Of a stretch of DNA of 64,000 nt, positions 20,350-30,560 are shown piece after piece. The position numbers were made by a program, and so were the translations under genes. The notes under the pieces were generated by a model. It was not told the origin of the DNA, searched no databases, and saw nothing but the letters and a program-made list of their open reading frames with translations. The DNA is from an uncultured Dialister sp. (GTDB taxonomy: Bacteria > Bacillota > Negativicutes > Veillonellales > Dialisteraceae): the NCBI GenBank assembly GCA_934178345.1, contig CAKPQG010000007.1, forward strand, positions 9,817 to 73,816. Reading direction: 5' to 3'. The stretch's first letter is position 1; each line of letters begins with the position of its first letter.

Positions 20350-20930
20350 TGGCACCTGTGTATATCGGGCTCATCCACTATCCCATTTATAATAAGCACA
20401 TGGAAGTCGTCACTACAGCTCTGACCAACTATGACCTCCATGACATAGCCAGAACGGCAAAAACCTATGATGTGAAGCGCTACTTCATCGTGCATCCTGT
20501 CGAAGCACAGCGTGAAATGGCGAGCCGCATCATGAACCACTGGAAAACCGGCGGCGGCGTGCATTACAATATCAACCGGAAGGAAGCCTTCGAGGAAACG
20601 GAACTGGTCCCGACCCTGGAGGATGCCATCGCCTGGATCGAAAAAGAGACAGGCAAAAAACCGGCCATCGTGACCACGGACGCCCGGGTCTATCCAAATA
20701 CTGTTTCCTACACAGAAATGCGCAGGAAGATCCACGAAGAAGATACGCCGATCTTCATCCTCTTTGGTACAGGCTTCGGCATGACCAAGGAAATGATGAA
20801 ACAGTTCGACTACATCGTGGAACCCATCTACGGGGCGGGGACGTACAATCATCTGTGCGTGCGTAGCGCCGTAGCCATCATCCTCGACCGCCTTCTGGGC
20901 GAACCCTGGTGGAATCAAAAGGAGGAATAA
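20349..20930 (+). CDS. conserved hypothetical protein, possibly an uncharacterised SPOUT-like RNA methyltransferase
   Basis: Overlaps the trmD stop (TAATG). 193 aa with a YIGLIHYPIYNK N-terminus. The family assignment is from memory of trmD-adjacent SPOUT-like proteins and is not verified. Confidence 0.35.
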   Translation: MAPVYIGLIHYPIYNKHMEVVTTALTNYDLHDIARTAKTYDVKRYFIVHPVEAQREMASRIMNHWKTGGGVHYNINRKEAFEETELVPTLEDAIAWIEKETGKKPAIVTTDARVYPNTVSYTEMRRKIHEEDTPIFILFGTGFGMTKEMMKQFDYIVEPIYGAGTYNHLCVRSAVAIILDRLLGEPWWNQKEE

Positions 20931-20936
20931 CGTACT

Positions 20937-21671
20937 ATGTCCGGACATTCTAAGTGGGAAAATATTAAGCGCAAGAAAGGCAAGACTGATGCCATTCGCG
21001 CAAGGATCACCACTAAAATCTCCAAGGAAATTACCATCGCAGCCCGCATGGGCGGCGGTGATCCAGTCGGCAACATGCGTCTGAAGCTGGCCCTCACCAA
21101 GGCTAAACAGAACAATGTACCGAAGGAAAATATCCAGCGTGCCATCGCTAAAGGCGTCGGTGCTGCCAGCGGTGCAGGCTTCGATGAAGTCACCTACGAA
21201 GGCTACGGCCCGGGAGGTGCAGCTGTCATCGTCGAATGCAATACCGATAACAGAAACCGTGCAGCCGCAGATATCCGTCATGCATTCACCCATCACGGCG
21301 GCTCTGTAGGCACACCGGGATGCGTAGGCTGGATGTTCAAGAAAAAAGGCTCTATCATTGTAGCCAAAGACGCAGCCGATGAAGACACCGTCATGATGAT
21401 CGCTCTCGATGCGGGCGCTGACGATGTCACTACCGGCGAAGACAGCTATGAAATCACGACCTCTCCGGAAAACTTCCTGACGGTCTCCGAAGCCCTCGAA
21501 AAAGAAGGCATCGAAGCGGAAGCTTCCGAACTGGCTATGGTTCCAGACAACTATGTCAAGCTCGAAGGCGATGCTGCTCAGACCATGCAGCACCTCACCG
21601 ATGAACTGGAAGAACTCGATGATGTACAGGAAGTGTACACCAACGCAGAACTGCCGGAAGATGCGGAATAA
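20937..21671 (+). CDS. yebC: YebC/PmpR-family transcriptional regulator
   Basis: MSGHSKWENIKRKKG N-terminus diagnostic of the family; AAGGAGG RBS. Confidence 0.9.
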   Translation: MSGHSKWENIKRKKGKTDAIRARITTKISKEITIAARMGGGDPVGNMRLKLALTKAKQNNVPKENIQRAIAKGVGAASGAGFDEVTYEGYGPGGAAVIVECNTDNRNRAAADIRHAFTHHGGSVGTPGCVGWMFKKKGSIIVAKDAADEDTVMMIALDAGADDVTTGEDSYEITTSPENFLTVSEALEKEGIEAEASELAMVPDNYVKLEGDAAQTMQHLTDELEELDDVQEVYTNAELPEDAE

Positions 21672-21672
21672 T

Positions 21673-21703
21673 AAAAAAACCACCCGAGAGGGTGGCTTTT
21701 TTA
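21673..21703 (+). terminator. intrinsic terminator
   Basis: AAAAAAACCACCCGAGAGGGTGGCTTTTTT. Confidence 0.8.
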
Positions 21704-21714
21704 TTTGAGGGAAA

Positions 21715-22255
21715 TTTGCGCGGAATCCATGGAACCTGTTATCTCTTATAGTTTGAAGGCAGGGACTAGTGGCCAGGGGTTAGGAGTGACTAGTGACTGG
21801 TGACTGGTATTGCGGTTTCTCAATAACTGGCATTTAAGTCTACTTCCGAATCAAGTGAGGAGTGAGGAATGAAGGTACGGTGCATAAAAATCAGTAGCGC
21901 CGCGGAATTTTGATAGCGCTTCGCGTCGTCGTCATCTCGAGCGTAGCCGAGAGATCTCTATGGCAGTACGGGAATCAGCATGTATGCGCCATTTCATCAA
22001 CGACGTTTTTGTTCTGCATCTTTCTTTTATCTCGCACTGACTTCTTACCGTTGTGCAAGAAAGATCGAGGGCTTCGGTCGGAATGACGATACGAGAGTCC
22101 CGTTCATCTAAAATTTACGGCGCTTTCCTATTTTTATGCGCCGCACCACCACTCCTCACTCCTCACTAGATAGCATGAGGCTTTCAAGCGCCATCAAGGG
22201 ACAGCACGTCCCACGGATATCCCCCCACCCGGCTTGTGGGGGGCTTTTTTTATTG
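21715..22255. repeat. mosaic intergenic repeat cluster, variant using (GAGGAGT)n heptads, with a divergent copy of the palindromic module and a terminal GC hairpin plus T-run
   Basis: GCGCCGCGGAATTTTGATAGCGCTTCGCG; a GTCGTCATCTCGAGCGTAGCCGAGAGATC module; TTTTATGCGCCGCACCACCACTCCTCACTCC; CCCCCCACCCGGCTTGTGGGGGGCTTTTTTT. Confidence 0.8.
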
Positions 22256-22336
22256 GTAGACTTATTATGAATGAGAGACCGGAGAGACACTGATCCTGCA
22301 ATGGGGTCAGCGTTTCCTTTATCGTAAGGAGAGCCA

Positions 22337-23095
22337 ATGATGCTGGAAAAAGAGATCATGGACTATTGGACAAAACGGGCGCCGAGCTATTCGGAGATCA
22401 ATCAGAAAGAGCTCTGCGGACGGCAGAAGGATCTTTGGACGTCCTATATCATGCGGCGTGTACAGGATGCCATGCCGGAGAGAGAAGGGATCAAAGCGCT
22501 TGATATCGGGGCGGGGCCCGGTTTCTTCTCTATCATTCTGGAGATGGCGGGCTGCGAGGTGACGGCACTGGATCGGAATCCTGCCATGATGGCAGAGGCG
22601 AAGAAGAATGCAGGACCGCTCGCAGAGGGGATCCATTATGTCGAGGGTGATGCGGAAGATGTGCCGCTTCCCGCAGACAGCTACGATCTCATCGTGACGA
22701 GAAATCTCACATGGACGCTGCCGCATCCGAAAAAGGCGTATGCGAGCTGGCAGCGCGTCCTGAAAAAGGGCGGGATCCTCCTCAATTTCGATGCGAACTG
22801 GTACAACTACCTGTATAGCGAAGAAGACCGTGCCCTTTATGACAGGGACCGTGAGCAGGTCGCAGAAGCGGGGGCCTTTGACCGCTATATTTCGACCGAT
22901 GTTTTGGCCTGCGAACGCATCGCGCGACAGATGCCCCTTTCGCCCAAGAAACGTCCTGCCTGGGACCGGCAGGTACTTGAAGAGATGGGGATGCAGGTCA
23001 CACTGTATGAGAATATTTCCGAAGAGATCCTTCTTCCGGAGGAGCAGCTGAATTTTGCGGCGACGCCGTATTTTTGCATTGAAGCAAAAAAGTGA
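22337..23095 (+). CDS. class I SAM-dependent methyltransferase
   Basis: LDIGAGPGFF (motif I), acidic motif II and later motifs. AAGGAGAG RBS. Stop lies 4-10 nt before the next gene. Confidence 0.75.
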   Translation: MMLEKEIMDYWTKRAPSYSEINQKELCGRQKDLWTSYIMRRVQDAMPEREGIKALDIGAGPGFFSIILEMAGCEVTALDRNPAMMAEAKKNAGPLAEGIHYVEGDAEDVPLPADSYDLIVTRNLTWTLPHPKKAYASWQRVLKKGGILLNFDANWYNYLYSEEDRALYDRDREQVAEAGAFDRYISTDVLACERIARQMPLSPKKRPAWDRQVLEEMGMQVTLYENISEEILLPEEQLNFAATPYFCIEAKK

Positions 23096-23104
23096 TGGGT
23101 GCCT

Positions 23105-24019
23105 ATGGTGTGGATAGTCAAGAAAGGGATATCCTGCCTTCTCATTCTTCTCGGCGTGACATTTGTCACGTTTGCCCTGATGTATCTGGCAGGCGGAGAT
23201 GCCATTTCCTATTTCTATGAAAATCAGGGAACGGCAGTTTCTCAAGAGATCATGGATGCCATGCGAAAAAAATACGGGCTGGATCAGCCGTTTTTGCTGC
23301 AGTATGGGCATTGGCTGCTGCATGCGCTCATGGGAGATATGGGGGAAAGCTATGTGTCTGGGCGCGCGGTGCTTCCGCTCATCGCATCCAAGATCCCGCA
23401 TACCCTGTACCTTGCGGCGGTATCGATCGTCCTGACGCTGGTAGTGTCGATTCCGCTGGGGGTCCTTTCTGCTGTCAGGAAAGATGGCTGGTGTGACTCT
23501 CTGGCGGGCGGGTTGTCCTTCCTGGGAAATGCGATGCCGAATTTTTTCGTCGCGATCCTTCTGATATATCTGCTGGCTGTGAAGATGAAGTGGTTCCCCG
23601 CTGTATCTGTGGGGCGTTCGCCTTCGGTGGCCTTGCCGGCAGTGACGCTCGCGATCGCTATGAGTGCCAAGTATACGCGCCAGATCCGAGGGGTCGTACT
23701 GGCAGAGCTTCGAAAGGGCTACGTGATGGGGGCGAGAGCACGAGGGGTGAGTGAGGGGACGATCCTCTGTAAGAGTGTCATCCCGATGGCCAGTCCGGCG
23801 ATCGTCACACTGCTTGCGATCTCTATCGGCAGTCTCCTTTCCGGTACGGCCGTGGTGGAGACGATCTTCCTCTGGGATGGTGTGGGGAAGCTGGCAGTGG
23901 ATGCCATTATGCAGAGGGATTATCCGCTCATTCAGGCCTATGTGGTATGGATGGCCGGTATCTATATTTTGGTGAATGGCGCGGGTGATGGAGTATCGCG
24001 TCTGCTGGGGAAACGATGA
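23105..24019 (+). CDS. ABC transporter permease (DppB/OppB/NikB-type)
   Basis: 6 TM and the EAA-like loop of peptide/nickel permeases. Alternative GTG start at 23099. Confidence 0.8.
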   Translation: MVWIVKKGISCLLILLGVTFVTFALMYLAGGDAISYFYENQGTAVSQEIMDAMRKKYGLDQPFLLQYGHWLLHALMGDMGESYVSGRAVLPLIASKIPHTLYLAAVSIVLTLVVSIPLGVLSAVRKDGWCDSLAGGLSFLGNAMPNFFVAILLIYLLAVKMKWFPAVSVGRSPSVALPAVTLAIAMSAKYTRQIRGVVLAELRKGYVMGARARGVSEGTILCKSVIPMASPAIVTLLAISIGSLLSGTAVVETIFLWDGVGKLAVDAIMQRDYPLIQAYVVWMAGIYILVNGAGDGVSRLLGKR

Positions 24020-24867
24020 TTCCATCCGTGCTTCCCGGAGGAGAAATGATGAAAAAGATGAAATCGTCCCGCTCGCGCCTTTATTTGTCGGGAGTCCTCC
24101 TTTTGACGCTGATGCTGGGTGTGATGCTCGCTGAGTATCTCATCCCTTGGGATGCCTATGCCCAGGACTTATCGATGGCGCAGCAGCCGCCTTCTGCGGG
24201 GCACCTTCTGGGAACGGATCGATATGGGCGCGATATGCTTGCCCGTGTCCTTGTCGGAGGGCGCACCAGCATTTGGGGGGCGCTGGTGGTCGTCCTGCTT
24301 ATCACTGCCATCGGGACAGGGATAGGGACAGGAAGCGGATGGTATGGCGGACGGATCGAGCAGGCATGGATGGGACTATCGGATGTATTTCTCGCTTTTC
24401 CAGGACTGGTCCTTGCACTGGCCGTGGCAGGCGTTTCTGGCGGGGGCATGCTGCAGGCGGTCCTGGCGCTCGCGGCGATCGGTTGGCCTAAGTATGCCAG
24501 GCTGTCACGGCGCCTTACGGTTTCTTTGAAAGGGGAGCCTTATATCGACATTGCAAGGATGCGAGGGATCTCTTCCTGGAAGATCATGTACGATCATATA
24601 CTTCCGAATATGGCCGGCCCGATTTTGACGACGGCGGTACTGGATATCGGGACGATGATGATGGAGCTTGCGGCACTTTCCTTTTTGGGACTCGGCGTGA
24701 AGCCGCCGACACCGGAATGGGGCGCTATGATGAGTGAAGGACGTCGTTTTCTCCAGCTCTCACCATGGATGGTCATGGCGCCGGGGGCGGCCATGTGTCT
24801 GACGGTCGGACTTTTTCATCTTTTGGGAGAAGCGCTGAGAGATGCATTTGATCCCAGAGAAAGGTGA
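24016..24867 (+). CDS. ABC transporter permease (DppC/OppC/NikC-type)
   Basis: ATGA overlap with the previous gene; 6 TM; EAA motif region. Confidence 0.8.
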   Translation: MIPSVLPGGEMMKKMKSSRSRLYLSGVLLLTLMLGVMLAEYLIPWDAYAQDLSMAQQPPSAGHLLGTDRYGRDMLARVLVGGRTSIWGALVVVLLITAIGTGIGTGSGWYGGRIEQAWMGLSDVFLAFPGLVLALAVAGVSGGGMLQAVLALAAIGWPKYARLSRRLTVSLKGEPYIDIARMRGISSWKIMYDHILPNMAGPILTTAVLDIGTMMMELAALSFLGLGVKPPTPEWGAMMSEGRRFLQLSPWMVMAPGAAMCLTVGLFHLLGEALRDAFDPRER

Positions 24868-24952
24868 TAGAAGGGGGATAGCCTCATTTCCCCGCATGTA
24901 GGGATGCCTAGGGAGCACGGATCACCATGTATATGTATATAAGGAGAAGCTC

Positions 24953-26491
24953 ATGAATAGGATTTCTAAAGCAGTATTGACTGCACTTGTTTTCACATCG
25001 CTTGCACTTGGCGGTTGCGGCGGCGGAGAGAAGGCATCCGGCGAAAAGACCTTGGTCTATGCTACGACCGGGTATGGCCGTGAGATGGGAGATGCAGGAC
25101 TCGATCCACACGAGAATTATTCCGGATGGAGTACCGTGCGCTATGGCGTAGGGGAGACACTATTCCGCTTGTCCGATGCGATGACTCCGGAGCCATGGCT
25201 GGCGAAGCGTTTCGAATACGTCGATGACAGCACGGTGGATATAGAGCTCCGTGATGGGATTTCTTTTTCCAGCGGGCGAAAAATGGATGGAGAGGCCGTG
25301 AAGGAATGTCTGGAGGCACTGGTGGCGAAGAATCCAAGAGCGGCCTTTGATCTTAAAATCGATCGGATCGATGCCAAAGAAAACACGGTCCGCATTCACA
25401 CGAAGGAATCCTCACCGAGTCTCATTTTCTATCTTTGTGATCCCTATGCGGCCATTGTGGATATGAAAGCGGACAGGAAGGAAGGCCGGGTATCAGGGAC
25501 AGGCCCATATGTGGCGGACTCTGTGACGGATACAGAAATCCATCTGCACAAGAATACATCCTATTGGAATGGCAGTCCGAAAGTGGATCATCTGATCGTG
25601 AAGGCTGTCACCGATGGGGATGCGATGACGGCTGCGCTGCAGGCCGGAAATATCGATGCCACGTATGGACTGCCTTATGCCAGCTATCCGCTTTTTGAGG
25701 ATCCTTCGAAATTTCAGGTCTCCAAGGTGGCCACCAGCCGCAATTTCTTCGGTCAGGTCAATATGCATTCGCCCGTCATGCAGGATATACGCGTGAGAAA
25801 GGCGATCGACATGGCGATCGATCGCGATGGATTCGTGAATCATCTGCTGGCAGGACATGGAGAGGTAGCGGTCGGCCCCTTCCCGAAGGCTCTTCCGTTT
25901 GGTGCATCACATGTGCATGGCGTATCGCATCAGACGGAGGAAGCCAGAAAACTTCTGGAAGAGGCAGGCTGGAAGGATACCGATGGAAACGGCTATGTGG
26001 ATAAGGACGGGAAAGATCTGACCATCCGTTGGCTGACGTATCCGGGCCGCATGGAGCTTCCTGCACTTGCCGAGCTCGTGCAGGATGATCTGAAGCAGAT
26101 CGGGATCAAGGTGGATATCGAGTGCTCGGCAGATCATTTGAAAGTGCTGGAAGCAGGGAATTATGATGTGTATGCCAGCGCACTTGTCACGGCACCCACG
26201 GGGGATCCGGAGTATTTCTTCCATACCTGCGCGCTGGATCAGTCGACCAAGAACCGTGGCTTCTATCACAATGATCGGCTGGAAGCCCTTGCCAAAGAGA
26301 TGCACCAGACATTTGATATAGAGAAAAGAAATCAGCTCGCTATAGAGATGCAGCAGATCATTTTGGATGACCATGCATTTTACTTCATTTCTTATCTGCA
26401 GATGGGGATTTTGTCCCGCAAGGGCGTGACTGGTCTTGCCGCCCATCCTTCAGACTATTATGAAATCACTGCGGAGCTGGATGTACAATGA
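24953..26491 (+). CDS. ABC transporter substrate-binding lipoprotein (SBP family 5, peptide/nickel)
   Basis: Lipobox LALGGCGG; about 510 aa, typical family-5 length. Confidence 0.8.
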   Translation: MNRISKAVLTALVFTSLALGGCGGGEKASGEKTLVYATTGYGREMGDAGLDPHENYSGWSTVRYGVGETLFRLSDAMTPEPWLAKRFEYVDDSTVDIELRDGISFSSGRKMDGEAVKECLEALVAKNPRAAFDLKIDRIDAKENTVRIHTKESSPSLIFYLCDPYAAIVDMKADRKEGRVSGTGPYVADSVTDTEIHLHKNTSYWNGSPKVDHLIVKAVTDGDAMTAALQAGNIDATYGLPYASYPLFEDPSKFQVSKVATSRNFFGQVNMHSPVMQDIRVRKAIDMAIDRDGFVNHLLAGHGEVAVGPFPKALPFGASHVHGVSHQTEEARKLLEEAGWKDTDGNGYVDKDGKDLTIRWLTYPGRMELPALAELVQDDLKQIGIKVDIECSADHLKVLEAGNYDVYASALVTAPTGDPEYFFHTCALDQSTKNRGFYHNDRLEALAKEMHQTFDIEKRNQLAIEMQQIILDDHAFYFISYLQMGILSRKGVTGLAAHPSDYYEITAELDVQ

Positions 26492-27279
26492 GTGAGACGG
26501 AGGTACTTAGCTTCTCCCATGTCTCTATCGCGTACGGAGAACAGGTGGCTGCCCGAGATATTTCGTTTACGCTTTCCAGAGGTGAGTGTCTGACCATTGT
26601 CGGCGAATCTGGCAGTGGAAAGACGACGCTCTGTAAAGCTATACTGGGCCTGCTTTCCCCCGATGGGCGCATCACTGCCGGTGACATAGACTTCAAAGGG
26701 CAGTCCCTTTTGAAAATGAGCACGAAAGAAAGACGGAGCCTGCTGGGGAAGGAGATCACCACCATTTTTCAAGACACGAAGGACGCCTTTTGCCCCATTC
26801 GCACGGTGGGAAGTCAGATCCATGAGGCGATGGAAGCGCATGGCAGGACTTCGGCATCTTCACTTCGTGAAAAAGCCTTTTCTCTTATGCGGAAGCTGGG
26901 ACTGGAGGAAGCCATCCGGATCTGGGACAGCTATCCCTCTGAGCTTTCCGGCGGTATGATGCAGCGCGTGGGCATCGTGAGTGCGCTGCTGCCGGAGCCC
27001 GAGCTGATCTTGGCGGATGAGCCCACCAGTGCGCTCGATGTACTCGCCAGGCAGGAAGTGGTGAGAGAGCTTTTGCTGGTGAAAAAGGAGATCAAGGGCT
27101 CGCTTCTCTGCATCACGCATCAGATCGAGGTTGCAAGGCAGCTTGCGGATCAGGGGATGATCATCCGTCAGGGGCATATCGTAGAACAGGGGAGAGCGGA
27201 AGACCTATGGCAGCATCCGAAAGAAGACTACACGAAGCGGCTGCTCTTCGCGGGGCGTTCTTGCCGTCGTACCTTTTGA
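26488..27279 (+). CDS. ABC transporter ATP-binding protein (DppD/OppD-type)
   Basis: GESGSGKTT Walker A, LSGGMMQR signature, Walker B ILADEPTSALD. Confidence 0.85.
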   Translation: MSETEVLSFSHVSIAYGEQVAARDISFTLSRGECLTIVGESGSGKTTLCKAILGLLSPDGRITAGDIDFKGQSLLKMSTKERRSLLGKEITTIFQDTKDAFCPIRTVGSQIHEAMEAHGRTSASSLREKAFSLMRKLGLEEAIRIWDSYPSELSGGMMQRVGIVSALLPEPELILADEPTSALDVLARQEVVRELLLVKKEIKGSLLCITHQIEVARQLADQGMIIRQGHIVEQGRAEDLWQHPKEDYTKRLLFAGRSCRRTF

Positions 27280-27359
27280 TCTTTTGGGGAAATGATATCT
27301 CTCTGCAGGCACGGGCATTTTGTCAGCATTTTCTTACCATGCATTTGACTGGAGACGCC

Positions 27360-28115
27360 ATGGATATTCTACTGGAAGGGCGGGGCCTCACCCGAAGATT
27401 TCAAAAGAAAGGCCAGACCATCGAAGCCGTGCATGAGGTCAGCTTCACGTTGCAGAAAGGGACAGCGCTTGGGATCGTGGGAGCCTCGGGCTCTGGGAAA
27501 AGTACTCTGGCGAGGATGGCGGCGGGGCTGCTCTTGCCTTCCGAAGGAAAGCTCCTGTTCCATGGAAGCCCTTTGGAGGGAAAAAAGGGACTCAGTCATC
27601 TCTGGAAGCGGTTGCAGATGATTTTTCAGATGCCTCGTGAATCCTTCGATCCACGCTGGACACTGGAGGAAAGCATTAGGGAAGGATTGTCAGAGCAAGG
27701 AATCCAAGGGGCAGCTGCGGAGCTACATGTCAGGAAGGCCGCGGAAGCATGCCAGCTTCCTTTGAAGATCCTCTCGAAAAGACCGCACGAGGTCAGTGGC
27801 GGCGAATGTCAGCGGGCTGCCATCGCAAGAGCGCTCGTGCTGAAGCCGGAAATCTTTGTCTGTGATGAGATGACCAGCGCCTTGGATCCTTTGGTGCAGC
27901 AGGATATACTAGAGCTTTTGATCGCATTAAAAAAAGAGAAACAGCTTTCGTTCCTCTTCGTCAGTCATGATATTTCGCTCACGGAGCGGTTTTGTGACGC
28001 ACTCCTCATTATGCATCAGGGAATATGCGTCGAGCAGGGAGCCATGGAGGAGATCCTGCGTCATCCGAAGGAACTCTATACCCGCCGTCTGCTCGAAGCC
28101 GCTGGCGTAGGATAA
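27360..28115 (+). CDS. ABC transporter ATP-binding protein (DppF/OppF-type)
   Basis: GASGSGKST Walker A, VSGGECQR signature; GGAGA RBS before ATG 27360. Confidence 0.8.
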   Translation: MDILLEGRGLTRRFQKKGQTIEAVHEVSFTLQKGTALGIVGASGSGKSTLARMAAGLLLPSEGKLLFHGSPLEGKKGLSHLWKRLQMIFQMPRESFDPRWTLEESIREGLSEQGIQGAAAELHVRKAAEACQLPLKILSKRPHEVSGGECQRAAIARALVLKPEIFVCDEMTSALDPLVQQDILELLIALKKEKQLSFLFVSHDISLTERFCDALLIMHQGICVEQGAMEEILRHPKELYTRRLLEAAGVG

Positions 28116-28159
28116 AAGCAAAAAGGGGCTGTGAAGAAATGAATTCACATTTCTTCACA

Positions 28160-28460
28160 GCCCCTTTTTACTTTACTTTCATTTGGTTCAGGGTTCAAGG
28201 TTCAGGGCTCTCGTGGCGGCTTCGCCGCCTTATTTTAGAAGATGGTATTCTCGTATCGCAGCCTTCCCCTCTAGGGAATGCAATTAAGTTAAGCGGCAGA
28301 ACATCCTTGGCTCCCCATCGGGGGAGCTGCCCGGAGGGCTGAGGGGGCAGCACTACGGTATATCCAACATTGTTCGATGGCCGCTGGCATGCCCCTATTG
28401 CCTTCGGCACTTCCCCCGAAGGGGGGAAGCAAGTCATTACGGTGCTAACAATTTTGCGCT
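28160..28460. repeat. intergenic repeat cluster (variant module set)
   Basis: GGTTCAGGGTTCAAGGTTCAGGG, GGCGGCTTCGCCGCC, and CTCGTATCGCAGCCTTCCCCTCTAGGG shared with 34250-34300. Confidence 0.7.
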
Positions 28461-28467
28461 CCATATA

Positions 28468-28842
28468 TTACTTCATGAACATATCGATCGCCTGATTCAT
28501 GCGCGTGATGGCCTCCTGGTCATTCTCCTGCACCGCTTCCACGATGCAGTGCTCCATATGCTCCTTCAGGAGAAGCTTGCCGGTATTATTGATCTCCGCA
28601 CGCACTGCGGCGAGCTGGATCAGGACATCGGCGCAGTCCCTTTGGTTCTCGAGCATCTTCTTGATCGATTCCATATGGCCGATGGATCTGGATATCCGAT
28701 TCATGATCGCTTTGATCTTTTGCGGGTCATGCGTATGGCTGTGATTGTGATGATGTCCGTCATGGGTGTGCCCGATCACATGGGTGTGGACATGTCCATC
28801 GCCATGATCGTGGACAAAAACTTTATTCTTTGTATCTTCCAT
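28468..28842 (-). CDS. CsoR/RcnR/InrS-family metal-sensing repressor with a His-rich N-terminal extension
   Basis: Cys-25-His-4-Cys spacing (RDC...EHMEHC) matching the CsoR W-X-Y-Z metal-ligand fingerprint. N-terminal HDHGDGHVHTHVIGHTHDGHHHNHSHTHD tract. Confidence 0.75.
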   Translation of the reverse strand: MEDTKNKVFVHDHGDGHVHTHVIGHTHDGHHHNHSHTHDPQKIKAIMNRISRSIGHMESIKKMLENQRDCADVLIQLAAVRAEINNTGKLLLKEHMEHCIVEAVQENDQEAITRMNQAIDMFMK

Positions 28843-28915
28843 AAGAGGTTTTGATTCCTTTCACTTTTTGTAGGAAGCACGGATCCCATCTGATGAGCGA
28901 TCGAATCGGCGTTTC

Positions 28916-29082
28916 TTAGGGAAACACTGATTAAATCGTTGTCTGATTTCATTCTGGGATTTTTATACAGAGCAAGGAATCATCTGACGCGAATAGCGAG
29001 CTATTTAAGGAAGATGATGACGAAGCTATGTATAAAAATCCATATGAAATCCGGCTCTGCTATTTAATCAGCGTTTCCCTTA
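28916..29082. mobile_element. 167-bp MITE-like element (long form)
   Basis: Terminal inverted repeats TAGGGAAACACTGATTAAATCG and CTATTTAATCAGCGTTTCCCTTA. The interior is itself palindromic (GGATTTTTATACA...TGTATAAAAATCC). Near-identical inverted copy at 60969-61135. Confidence 0.8.
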
Positions 29083-29353
29083 TATTATACCCGATAAAAA
29101 AGGCGGTGGCTAGGGAACCGGGCATCGGCGTGTTCATAAGGAGCAGCAGTCCACATACAGAGGGCGATAGGCCTCCTATATGTATGCTTTTAACTCATTT
29201 CCAATGTCTTCTTCATATAGAATAAGCATACATGTTCCGGTTTGCATAAAAAAGTGTATACTATAAGAAGAAGGACGGATCAGAATTTCTTCGATCAAGA
29301 GATCCTGATCGTCCATCCTTCCGTATGATTCTATGCCAAAAGGAGGAGTCACT

Positions 29354-30523
29354 ATGTTCCGTTTCACATTACCAAGAGATATTTATTGTGGTCATGGAGC
29401 CATTGATGAGCTGTCTTTGCTGAAGGGTCACAAGAAAGCTTTCATTTGCACCGGTGGTCATTCCATGCGGGCAGGCGGTTTCCTTCAGAAGACTGAAAAA
29501 GTGCTGAAGGACGCAGGACTTGCCACCTATACGCTCGAAGGCATCACACCGGATCCATCCATCGAGGAAGTGCAGAAGGGCGCGAAGCTGATGGAAGAAT
29601 TCCAGCCGGACGTGATCGTGGCGATTGGCGGCGGTTCACCGATCGATGCAGCCAAGGCCATGTGGGTCTTCTATGAATATCCGAATCTGACATTCGATGA
29701 GATCAAAAAGCCATTCTCTTTGCCGCCGCTTCGTCAGAAGGCGATCTTCATCGCGATCCCATCCACATCGGGGACTGCGACAGAAGTCACAGCCTTCTCG
29801 GTCATCACGGACTACTCGACAGGCATCAAGTATCCGCTCGCCGATTTCAATCTGACGCCGGATCTAGCCATCCTTGACCTCGACATCCCGGCCACCATGC
29901 CGAAGAAACTCACCGCGCATACAGGCATGGACGCGCTGACACATGCGACCGAGTCCTACGTGTCGAAGTTTGCGAATGGCTTCACGGAACCGCTCTCCAA
30001 GCAGGCTGTCTCCGATATTTTTGACAACATCGTAGAGTCGTATCATGGAGACAAGGAAGCCAGAGGCAAAATGCATATCGCGCAGTGCCTTGCCGGTATG
30101 GCCTTCTCGAATGGTCTTCTGGGGATCACACATTCTCTCGCGCACAAGATCGGTGCCGTCTTCCATATCCCGCATGGGTGTGCGAATGCCATCCTGATGC
30201 CGTATGTCATTCAGTTCAATAAGAGGGCCTGCCTTTCGCGCTACGCCGACCTCGCCCGCGTGGCCGGCCTTCCGGGACGCACCGATGCACAGCTTGTCAT
30301 TTCCTATGAGGAAGCCATCCAGAAACTGAATCAGAAGATGGATATCCCGCTGACGCTCAAAGACTATGGGGTGCCCGAGGAGTTGTACCTTGCCAAGAAG
30401 GATGCCATCGCTGAGAATGCCGTCCTCGATGCCTGCACCCCGGAGAACCCGCGTGAGGCAGATGCGGAAGCTATGGCAAAGATCCTCGAATGTGCTTACT
30501 ATGGGAAGACTGTAAATTTCTGA
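29354..30523 (+). CDS. iron-containing (group III) alcohol dehydrogenase
   Basis: GGGSPIDAAK NAD motif and the His-rich metal-site motifs of Fe-ADH; AGGAGG RBS. Confidence 0.88.
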   Translation: MFRFTLPRDIYCGHGAIDELSLLKGHKKAFICTGGHSMRAGGFLQKTEKVLKDAGLATYTLEGITPDPSIEEVQKGAKLMEEFQPDVIVAIGGGSPIDAAKAMWVFYEYPNLTFDEIKKPFSLPPLRQKAIFIAIPSTSGTATEVTAFSVITDYSTGIKYPLADFNLTPDLAILDLDIPATMPKKLTAHTGMDALTHATESYVSKFANGFTEPLSKQAVSDIFDNIVESYHGDKEARGKMHIAQCLAGMAFSNGLLGITHSLAHKIGAVFHIPHGCANAILMPYVIQFNKRACLSRYADLARVAGLPGRTDAQLVISYEEAIQKLNQKMDIPLTLKDYGVPEELYLAKKDAIAENAVLDACTPENPREADAEAMAKILECAYYGKTVNF

Positions 30524-30560
30524 GAGATCGGCTTTAGCGAAAATGTGACTGCCAATAAAA

